A stretch of DNA of 63,855 bases, filler included, from Bigelowiella natans CCMP2755 (lineage: Eukaryota > Protista > Cercozoa), in assembly GCA_000320545.1 (NCBI GenBank). It is 8 parts of 8 records of this genome, joined end to end, with 100 filler letters (N's around TTAATTAATTAA, not from the genome) between each part and the next. Parts side by side here need not be neighbours in the genome. Positions count along the whole stretch, not along the records: positions 50,121 to 58,974 come from ADNK01002034.1; positions 59,075 to 60,461 come from ADNK01003424.1; positions 60,562 to 62,602 come from ADNK01003680.1; positions 62,703 to 63,855 come from ADNK01001835.1; 4 more parts are not named here. The stretch is one strand, 5' to 3'. The translations under genes and the position numbers were made by a program. The notes beneath the pieces were generated by a model that was given only the letters and a program-made list of their open reading frames with translations, did not search any database and had not been told where the DNA came from. Of the stretch, positions 53,782 to 63,855 are shown one piece after another (within the stretch, counting starts at the first letter, position 1; each line of letters begins with the position of its first letter).

Positions 53782-54283
53782 GGGGGAGGGCTAAAATATT
53801 CCGTTAACGGAAAGGACCAAGCAAGAGAAGTGGTAAGAAAGGAACGAAGAAATATCATAAATTCGAGCTCCAAAGACGCATTTCTTCCGAAAAACAAGGC
53901 GAATTATGTTCTTCAGAATATATGGCGCAAAGTCTCCTGCATTCTGCTTATGCGTCTATGCGACAATCCTTATTTTGGCTTTCGATAGGCGATCGCATAG
54001 AATCGCTGCAAACCCAATGCGATTTGGGAGGAATCTGGCTCCACCCGCCTCGAATTTGCGGTAACGGCTCTGAACCACTCTCCTGGTTCTCGAAATTTGG
54101 CAAACTTTAATACCGGAAACATCCTAGATCTGGTAATGGCACATCTCAGCCTAGCAGCGACGTCTCCAACGAGTACTCGTAACGCCTTACACCTTCACCC
54201 TCGGCCCACCCCCTTCCGATAAGGAGTCAGAGACAGGCCTAAATTGGAGCTGGGCAAGTTCACAACTGCCGTTTCTGTTAGGA

Positions 54284-55150
54284 ATGGTGGGCAACCGTCT
54301 GCAGAAGGAGGACAAGGAGGACATGGTCGAGAAATACCAAGATATCTTACATGGATTCGACCTCAATTCACCGCGTTCTCAAGAAGCGTGCAGGTCTCCC
54401 TACCTTTGTTCCGCCGATTCCATCTTTGGAAGATCTGATATACGAACATCGTCCTCTTCCCCCCCTCCAGATTTTTAGGCGTAGAAAAGGAAACTCTACT
54501 TCGAAGGGGTTTAGAGAAGTTCCAAAAATTTAAGGATCCCTCAAAGGCCTCAGAAGAATGGGAGGCGGCTCGCCGTACTCGCCTTCTCGAGTGCGTCATA
54601 GCCAGAGGCGCTCTTATTTTTAACGCGGATCACTGCGGCAAAAATAAGAAAAGTCTAAAACGGGCGAAAAGACCTCCAAAGAGGTTGGATCATCCATTCT
54701 TCTGCTACCATTTCACCCCCCTCACACGTCTCTACGCGTATATAAAGATTTATGTTGTATGTAGGGTTGATTGGAAAGCCAAGACTGTTCCCTCTACCCC
54801 GAAGGATATATTACGCGGTGGGACGGAAAAGCTAAGCGCGATAAAGAGAACGAATGATCAGATTCTCCATACGATGCTGCTGCAAGGACTCGACGAAATC
54901 CAAAGCGCTCAGAAGCAGACGGTAGTGATACTACATATATTAATAGAAGGATCGGGTGAACGCTCGTAATCCAAATCGACGATAAGAAGCCCTACCAAGG
55001 GGCAAAACTAGTCGAAATTTCTAGAAGTACTAGGTATTAGTTTTGAATAGGTTTTTATTTTTATCAAATACACGTCCACAACAAAGCCGACGTAAATTGA
55101 TGCAGTGGCACTACAGGAAGAAAGGCTAACAAACAAAATATAGCTCATGC

Positions 55151-55186
<36 letters not shown>

Positions 55187-56394
55187 ATAAATCAACTGAA
55201 TCTTACCACCATCACTGCTTTTAACCAGGTTAAGGAGGAGCTCGAGCGTATTGCTTTCAAGAAAAAGGTGGAAGAGAGAGAAGCTCGAGTCGTACAAATG
55301 CGTACGAGGCACGAGAATCGCCGCCTCAGCGCACGAAAGCGCGCGACAGCACGAAACGTTAGGAATCAGAAAGCTCTCCTGAAGAAGATTGAGGCAAAGG
55401 ATCAAACCATAAACAAGGCAATGCAAACGCGAAGTAATGGTACTGGAAGGAGATTGAAGGAACTGCGGCGGCGGTCGCAAGATCGACTCGAAACGTACAA
55501 GCGTAAGTGCGAGAAGGACCGCGCGAGGCATGAAAAGCTGCAAAATTTATTGAATACGAAGTCCGAGAAACACGTCTTATGGCGGCTCGAGCAACAGAGG
55601 AAGAAAGTGGAAGAAGAGAAACGCCAGGTAGTAGTGTGCAAGCTTGCTTACTGATCAAAAATGGAATTTCCACATGACCATGCAATCGATTTCGAGGGCT
55701 AAGAACCACAAAATTATCCTATTTCTAGGCCAAGCTCGAGAAAAAACGCTATCAGCAGAAGCTACGTGCCGAGGAGAACCTCAAGGAGAGACTGGGCCGT
55801 ATCGCTAACAAGATCAACATCAAGCATAATGAGATGGTGCAGACGCAACTACGGCGCGAAAAATTTCTACGAGATCAGAAGGAAGAGGCCGAACGTATGC
55901 GTAAGAAGCGACTCAAAGTCCGTGACCGTCACTTGCGCGAGATACAGGCTGAGAAGGAGCGGCTGCTACAAAAGCAGGCGAAGCTCGAGCGCGAGCTGCA
56001 GCTGAAGACTGATAGGCTAAAGGCTGAACAAGAACGGCGATCGCGAGCCGCAAAGAAGGCATGGCTTGCCACACAGAATCGAATAGCAGAGGATTCGAAC
56101 GCGAAGAAGGTTGCTCTTGAGCGAGCGATCATGGAGAAGGACCGGCTTAATTCAAAACGAGTGGAGAGAATGACATCTGCGCGCGGACGGGTGCATCAGA
56201 AGCAAGCAGCTGAGGCGAAGAAGTTTTCGTATAGAAGGGAGCAGCTCACAAATGCGCTGGCCACTCTTAAAGCCAACGGAACGCCGTTATGGTCTCTAAC
56301 GTATGGTCAGCTGATAGAGACAGGGATGCCGGCTGAACTGGCTGAAAAAACATTGGAGACCCTCAAGACAGCGAATCCTGCGGGTAAAAAATGA
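54284..56394 (+). CDS. Charged coiled-coil protein (multi-exon)
   Basis: N-terminal DLNSPRSQEACR|FLGVEKETLLRRGLEKF motif, then K/R/E-rich exons (ORFs 55151..55654 and 55834..56394) ending ANPAGKK*. Confidence 0.7.
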
Positions 56395-57952
56395 TGCCAG
56401 GGTATCAAGACGTGCTGGAGAATCAGAACGTGAGATTGCGCAAAGTCCAAAGAAGATAGCGCTAAATTTCCATTGCTCGACATGTTCGCAATATTTTTGC
56501 GATCAGCACATGTCATTTGTAAATGATCTGCATGTACATCTAGACATGGCAACATGTTCCCATGATGATTATGTGTGCGTCGGATCGGAGGTCTTGTATG
56601 ATAGACACAGTAATATGATATATATATTACATATATCGTATAATTTGTGGCACTTGAAACGAATGCACAATGGACACGTGTGCACTATAGAAGTGCATGT
56701 ACACACATGTACATTAATATTGTGCACGTATACACGCCTGTGTCGCAGCCAGTGCGCCGCACACAGATGATCTGCCAGACATGAGGCGCTAGTCCAAGTG
56801 GAGATCATGCATTCCACAGTATCAGTTGAGCACTGAACGAATTGTGTTTCAAATTTTTGTGACGCAGGCACGCACACGTGCTAGTGGCGCGTGTGCGCAT
56901 GTGCGCGTGTGTGCGTGCGCTTGTTGTCTTGTGCACTTCACTGGCGCATGCACCTTGCGGCTAGTGCGGTCTCGTCAGAAAAGACGACTCATGCACAGCG
57001 CACGTTGTGCACATTTGCACAATCATTTCGACGTTTCGATCATCTAACGCGATGTTCTAGCGCTGCTATGCATGTTTCACGTGCGCAATGTTTCGAAAGC
57101 GGCGACTCATTCATTGTGCTGGGATCGATCGGATGCGATGGACGAGACAGATTTGGAAACAGACTGCAGCGCGAGTGTGTGAGCGATATCTAGATGTGAC
57201 CACGATGGTCCAAATCATCAACAGCCCTTCCCCCTTTTCTCAGCCACCCGATCACAACGATGGATTGTGGAAGCAAAACGCGGCACGTGTTTGCTGGCAC
57301 GCGTTTGCTGGACGCACGTGAGGGTTGCACGACACTGACTTGGGGCTGCCCACAGTGGACACAATGTGTGCGTTGTGTTTGTTGTGTTCAGCATTGGAGA
57401 CTCAGTTGAATGCATGCATCAACAAATGAAAGAATGAACGAAGTGATTCCAACGGTGGTTGCGAACAGCCGCCCGAGCATCGCACAGATCGACAGATGGC
57501 TGTGCTGCTCACACGTTGCACCAATCACACGCCACCCAAGTTGAAAGCACGATCAGAACTTTTCACTTGTGGCTAGGTCACATTCTGCCCTTGCAATCGC
57601 CGAGTCTAGCCGCCGTTGTGATAACGGCAGCGCTTCCGCTCTCCCCCTTCTGTGTGGAACGGAGCCTGTGCAGCCCTTGCCAGGCACTACCTGGAAATCA
57701 CCCGTAACTACCGGGATTACACAAAAAAAGAGCGGGAATACCTTCCTCGCAACAAAATCCTGTACAAAGGGGAAGAAATATATCCCAGAAACATCCACCT
57801 CCGAAATCTCAAGATCTCTCTAAGGATCCGACTCGGACTGCTGGCTCCTGCTTGCAGGTATCCGGTAGGAACAAATTATATCTTAAAATATCGTAGGGAG
57901 AAAGTCCATTACAAATACCTCCCACCCGCCTACAACCGATTCGACCATCGCA

Positions 57953-58520
57953 ATGAGCTTGGGGCGTGGTGGGCAGAGCAGTGAGCTGAAGGCCATCATC
58001 CACGAGAAGAACATCCTTAAGAACGTTAAGAAGCTCGAGAACTTCTTTACCTATGCCTATCACCACCACACGGCCTACATTGACGCTTTCCGAAAAGGTC
58101 GGGAGAGGAGAGACTCGCCATTTCTTAACTCCGTCGTCCCCCGCATCTGTCCACGAGATTCTGAGTGTGGCGTGTTTGTGTTCGCTAGATTTCGAGGAGG
58201 TCCTCGAGAAGCTGTTCGGCTCATTCAACGACTTGAACAGTTTGGGTTGGCTGGGGGATGTGGGAGCGGAAGTGAGCGAGAAAACTCTTCTGAGGCTGTT
58301 CTCCAGTGACAGCTTCTTCTTCAAGACTCTCCTGGACCTCGATTCCAAATATGTCCAGGGAAGCTCTAAGGGCATTCGAGTCCCCTTCAGCCGCTTGCCT
58401 TTCCCTGCAGGTCGTAGTGTTATCAGTAAGCCAGCACTGGTATCAGTAGTAGTTGCGACCGCGCGAGCGAATAGGGGATCGGCACATAGAGTTTGTATGT
58501 AAGCTCATATTCCAAACGCC

Positions 58521-58604
<84 letters not shown>

Positions 58605-58940
58605 TATCGTGATCCTCCTAAAATCCCTCTCACTCTCCCCGTTTCGTGCGTAGTGAAAGAGCTTCGCGAGCAAAGCAGATACAGCACCAGGAGTAGTGCT
58701 GATGGTCGGAGGAATTCGAGGAGCAAAATATCAAAGCTCTACCACCACCGCGTCGGGAGTGATATGGTAGTAGCAGCAGTTGTCGCAGAGGAGTTGTATG
58801 GAATGAACAGATTTTTTATGAAAAGCAGTATTACAACCCCGTCGTCACTCACTTTCCTGCTTAGGTCGAAATGCGTTATTTAGAATACTATTTCTTCCGT
58901 TTCTTCGTCTATATGGATGAGAAAACAAGGCCCGTAACGG
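57953..58940 (+). CDS. SMPD4: Sphingomyelin phosphodiesterase 4 (nSMase3/NET13)-like protein, N-terminal part; 3' end lost in the gap
   Basis: Exons give FEEVLEKLFGSFNDLNSLGWLGD...LLRLFSSDSFFFKTLLDLD...RVPFSRLPFP and VEMRYLEYYFFRFFVY, paralleling the SMPD4 N-terminal motifs (IFG...GW, F/YPxxxLP, FEYYxFxF). Confidence 0.65.
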
Positions 58941-58974
58941 TAAGAGAATAGAGTGGGGGGGGGGGGGGGGGGGG

Positions 58975-59074
58975 NNNNNNNNNNNNNNNNNNNNNNNNNN
59001 NNNNNNNNNNNNNNNNNNTTAATTAATTAANNNNNNNNNNNNNNNNNNNNNNNNNNNNNNNNNNNNNNNNNNNN
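58975..59074. other. Assembly spacer
   Basis: 44 N + TTAATTAATTAA + 44 N. Confidence 0.97.
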
Positions 59075-59386
59075 ATCATGGCCAGAATCAAAGAATATCT
59101 GCTGTAAGTTCCTTATACGCAGTAGCAGTAGTAATAGTAATAATAGTAGTACCGGTAGTCCTTCCAAGAGTGAATACAAAGAGAAGGGGAAAACAAGGAG
59201 TAAGCTGTTTCATCGCCATCAATGCAAGAATAGGCATAATTCACTGCCAAAACCAACGCTCCCCCCACCCCCCCCTCTCCCCCCTCCAAAAGCTGCATAT
59301 AATGATTGAAGCTGATAAACTTTTCATTAGAGCTCTAAGACACGTGCGTCATGATATATCGTGATCATTCTCATAATTATCATCAC

Positions 59387-59421
<35 letters not shown>

Positions 59422-60006
59422 TCATCATCGTCATCATCATGATGAGGATCGTGGGGCATTTCTCCTATCTCCTCTTTCTCGTTGACCTGCAAAAAAACAT
59501 TCCTCCTCCTCCCCCTCCTCCTCATTTTATATACTAATTAGAACCCCTGGCCGATTACAAAATGCTGCAAGGCTAGGGGACCTTCCAACCATAACCAGAA
59601 TGCTGAAGAAGAAGGTCTCTAACCAGTACATTTGCAACGACACCAAATCATCATCATCATCATCATCACCACCACCACCATCATCACCTGTACTAAATGA
59701 ATAGCCGTGGAGAGTAAACGAAATCCGTGTATATGCACCTCTTCATGCTGCAGCGCGGTACAACTTCTCACAGGTAGTAGCAGTAGCCGTAGTGGAAGAA
59801 CAAGAAGATCGATATTCTCTTGTACCAGCTTTCATCTTGTATCATTCATTTCTTCTTCTTCTTTCTCCCTCCTCCGCCCCATCGTCGCTACATAACCCTT
59901 TGTGTGCTGCGCAAATCATACTATTCGCTGATTTATCGGATGAAGATGCTGCGGTACTTGCTCGATGAAGGTATATAATCATCATCGTCTCTAGTATCAT
60001 CATGCT

Positions 60007-60046
<40 letters not shown>

Positions 60047-60461
60047 ATTGATTAATTATTTATTGTCATCATTCTCAGGTGCGGAAGTCGATATCCAGAT
60101 GTTGGACGCATCGACGCCTCTCATTCTTGCAGGTTGCTTGTTTAGTTGGCGTGTAGGATCTCTCTCCTCCTCCTCCTCCTCCACCACCACCACCTCCTCC
60201 TCCGTTCCGACTCGTCCCTTTACTACTACGACTACTACTACTACGACAAGTACTGTCACCTCCTATTTGCTCTAAACCATCTTGGTCTCATGATCACTTT
60301 TAATGTTATGATCGTGAAATAGAATGCACCGACCACCCTATTCTTGCCAACGACGTAGTACTGCTACTACTACTATGGTTATGATGATGATGATGATGCA
60401 GATAGTGGTGATGCTGGTGCACAAAGTGTCAACTTCTTCTGCTTCTTCTTCTTCTGCATCG

Positions 60462-60561
60462 NNNNNNNNNNNNNNNNNNNNNNNNNNNNNNNNNNNNNNN
60501 NNNNNTTAATTAATTAANNNNNNNNNNNNNNNNNNNNNNNNNNNNNNNNNNNNNNNNNNNN
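60462..60561. other. Assembly spacer
   Basis: 44 N + TTAATTAATTAA + 44 N. Confidence 0.97.
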
Positions 60562-61385
60562 AGGGGACGAATGAACGATAGTCAACAACGGAGGAAGGAA
60601 AGAAGAAGGAGGACAAAGATATCAAGACGATAGGCGATTCGCGCCAGGTAACACACAGGCGTAAGCTTAATAGAAACACCGCAGCACACGACACATATTT
60701 TCAATCCATTCCGAGGAATTCAGTCTCGTAAAAGGATTGAAAAAAAACACCGAGGAGAGAGTTCCTGGGGCGTACGATTGCTGCAGCTCTCGCTTCGGTT
60801 GGTTAGCGAGGGGCAGTTGGGCAGAATGAGGATGATCACCTCCCGATCTTGCGGTAATCGTGACGCCTTTGATCATCTCTTCCGCGAGCCCCCATTCGAT
60901 GTCACGTACCCTCCCTCGCGTTGTGTAGTGAAACCTTTGGGGGATTGGGGTTGGCGTTCATCTTTTGAGATTCTGTAATGATGGTGATGATGATGAAGGC
61001 GGCGGCGGCGGCGGCGGCGGTGGTGGTGGTGGTGATGATGATGATAATTATGACTGGTAGCTTAGTCATCATTGTTCGGTTACACTGCCGTATAATCGTG
61101 GCCGAATATGATAGATACATGCACAAGGCGGCGGAGGAAGAGTGGGGGGGGGGAAAGGGGGGAGGGGGGAGGCATTATTACGCATCGAATGGAATTGGGA
61201 TTGTAGTCCATGTATTCGGTTGTGGCACACGGACTATGCTCTGAAATCTTGACACCCTAAGGAGAAGAAGAATACAAATCAATCGACGACCGGGATGATG
61301 AAGATAAGGTTGTAGATGTGTACAAACTCAACCAGAGACGAAGAAAAACGAATGCTTTAGAAAAGAACAAAGCCGCGCGCGCGCG

Positions 61386-61423
<38 letters not shown>

Positions 61424-61762
61424 TACACAAAATACATGAACGCCGTGTGCACAAACACGCGTGCCATGCAGGCACTTACGCTTCTTCATCAGGCCTAAAA
61501 TTGACGAGGAAAGATCGTAGGTTTGTCCTCACGCGAAGCTCGACGACGTTGAAACTAAGCAGTGAGACAGGAGATCAATGACCACACGCGACAACCATTG
61601 AGAGGGAGGAGACAACGCGAAAAACGGGTAAGAAGTAACATATAGTAACTATCGTCGGGAAGTGATTTGGTGAGGGGAGAGAAGCGTACTGATGGGCTGG
61701 AAAAGGCTCTGTGACCACAGGGGATGCGACCGCACAAAACCCAAAACGATTCTTTCACACAA

Positions 61763-61793
<31 letters not shown>

Positions 61794-62602
61794 CACAAAC
61801 ACACACACACACACACACAAATACACACGCACGCATAGGAAAACCGTTAGCGAGGTGATACTAAGTTCATCTCGAAGCTGCGAGAACACGTAGCAATATC
61901 GACGTTGCAAAATTTGTAATTTGTTCCCCAAAAAAAATCACTTTCGTTTTGTTCAACCCCCCCCCCACACACACCCTCCCCTCCTCTCACCGGATCTCCT
62001 CCAATGTTCCACGTGCTATCGACAGGGATGGGGCATACGCGTCCGGAAAAACGGTTGAAGTACTGGAGAAAGAAAAGGGGGAGGAGGAAGAGTAGTAACA
62101 TTGATGCGACGTCAATCCTCTATTTCTCTAGCTCCCCCCCCCCCCCCCCCTCCCTGCACTAAGTCACTAGGAAAACAACAACCAACAACAACAACGACAC
62201 CTGGAAGTAGCCCGGGGCATGCTCTCTCGGTTCAACTTCCAATATAGTAGGGTCCTTCTGCAACCAGGGGGGAGAGGGGGGGGGAGGGGGGGGAGGGTTG
62301 GAATGGGAACGAACGAAAGAGGAAAAAGTGCAAATAATGGGAAAAGGAAAAAATTTTCATCAGCCAAAAACAACATTGCCATTTAATCTGGGCCAAAATT
62401 AACCTTTTCCTCCTCCTTTAAATCTTCTTCCTTGATTTCCCCTTCCCTGCCCCCTTTTCACACCAATACCTCGTAAGTTGCGGATCAAACCAAAGTCTTA
62501 CGGGACTAAAGAGGAACAAGGGCTTTACAACCCAACGACCAATGAACAAAGTCCTACTGAAAAACTCACCAATTTACCCCCCCCCCCCACCCCCCCTGAT
62601 AA

Positions 62603-62702
62603 NNNNNNNNNNNNNNNNNNNNNNNNNNNNNNNNNNNNNNNNNNNNTTAATTAATTAANNNNNNNNNNNNNNNNNNNNNNNNNNNNNNNNNNNNNNNNNN
62701 NN
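62603..62702. other. Assembly spacer
   Basis: 44 N + TTAATTAATTAA + 44 N. Confidence 0.97.
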
Positions 62703-62723
62703 CGATCGAGGGGATACATACAC

Positions 62724-62765
<42 letters not shown>

Positions 62766-62826
62766 TAACAACGCACTTCAACTCTCACATGGCATGTGTG
62801 TGTATGTGTGTTTTTGTTTTGGTCAG

Positions 62827-62909
62827 GTGGCGTTTGTATCGGTCCCTTCGATCGTCTTTGTGTCAAAAGTAAGGAATCATTACACAGCGCCACCAACAGA
62901 AACATTCTG

Positions 62910-62943
<34 letters not shown>

Positions 62944-63552
62944 TATCATCATCATCATCATCATCGGTTGATATTTCTAACTACGAAACGTGTGTATGTG
63001 TGTGTGTGTGTGTTATATGCAATGAGCGATGAATGTGTTGAACTTCAAGGTTTTTGGGAATTACATGCGGATATTATCTAAGAGAGTCCAGAAGCGAGTA
63101 GCGGTGAGTGAGGAGGAGGAGGATGATGACGGCCAATCAAACTGACGATTATGGCAACAACGACGACGACGATGATGATGATGATGACGATGATAGTGGT
63201 GATGGCGATGATGATGATGATGATGATAGAAACATCTGTATTCAGGATGCAAACGCCGTGGCGGATGAGTGCATTTCGTCCATTCGTACTGTCAAGTCCT
63301 TCGCCGCCGAGGGGGAGGAGGTGTGAGAAGAGAGAGAGGGAGAGAGAGAGAGAGAGAGAGAAGAGAGAGAGCGCCGCCGCCGATGATTTGAAAACAAGAA
63401 ACACCACCACCACCACCACCACCACCACCACCATCATCATCATCATCTGCAGATGTGTCGTCGCATTAATGTCATGAACGTGAGAAGCAACATCGATTCA
63501 ACAGGCCATGCGCTACGCCGCTCAGATGCAGCACTTTTACGAGGAAACAAAG
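62827..63552 (+). CDS. ABCB-family half transporter (TAP/ABCB9/ABCB10-like), internal TMD exons
   Basis: Four phase-0 exons splice to VAFVSVPSIVFVSK|VFGNYMRILSKRVQKRVA|DANAVADECISSIRTVKSFAAEGEE|AMRYAAQMQHFYEETK; ExxSxIRTVxSFxxE is the ABCB TMD motif. Confidence 0.85.
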
Positions 63553-63855
63553 GTGAGGAAACAGAGTGTGTGTACTCCTCGGCCGATCGACTCTCCTTGT
63601 TGGGTTGATGGTGGTGGATTTTTTAATTTGCTCCCGCCCCCCGCCCCCCCCTCTTTCTTTCCCTGCTTGGTAACACTCCCCGACGGGTTGGTGTGCCGCT
63701 GTCATCTGTGACTTGCAAAATTCACATCTCTTTGTTCCACGATGGGCTCCTCCTGGGGGTTACACCCTCATCAAACCACCTGTCTGCGTGTTGTACTCCT
63801 GGTCGTGACATCTTCTGAAGCTCCTTTCTCGTATAAAAAGCTCTGCTCCTGCTGC

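Noticed and set aside
59075-62260. Exon-like fragments in two short contigs
   Set aside because: Probably coding pieces, but no consistent frame or recognisable domain could be assembled.
62260-62602. Odd doubled-base, homopolymer-rich sequence
   Set aside because: It follows poly-G/C runs at a contig end, typical of a degraded read tail rather than biology.

Overview
Intron-rich, microsatellite-laden eukaryotic (protist-type) genomic DNA. A chlorarachniophyte/rhizarian origin is plausible but is inference only. The window consists of 8 contig pieces joined by identical artificial 100-bp spacers (44 N + TTAATTAATTAA + 44 N), and genes are cut at most spacers. Genes reconstructed by manual GT-AG splicing: a large multidomain + strand gene with PDZ-like and C-terminal UBA-like segments; an intronless membrane-bound processive GT2 glycosyltransferase with an atypical QRAHRW motif; a WW-domain protein; an ICME-like alpha/beta hydrolase; a small DMAC1/DUF4536-like protein; RBM28/NOP4; a Siw14/PFA-DSP phosphatase; a signal-peptide protein; an RTRPD-motif glycosyltransferase-like protein; a >21-kb spatacsin (SPG11) gene with large low-complexity insertions; a membrane protein; a GH16 protein lacking catalytic residues; a coiled-coil protein; an SMPD4-like protein; and an ABCB half-transporter fragment. 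The most notable non-coding signal is a recurring 0.6-1 kb tract rich in short palindromes (CTAG/CATG/TGCA/AGCT, with perfect 12-14-bp palindromes) downstream of gene 3' ends, mostly between convergent genes. No RNA genes, CRISPR arrays or recognisable mobile elements were seen. Family calls come from motif recognition, not database searches.
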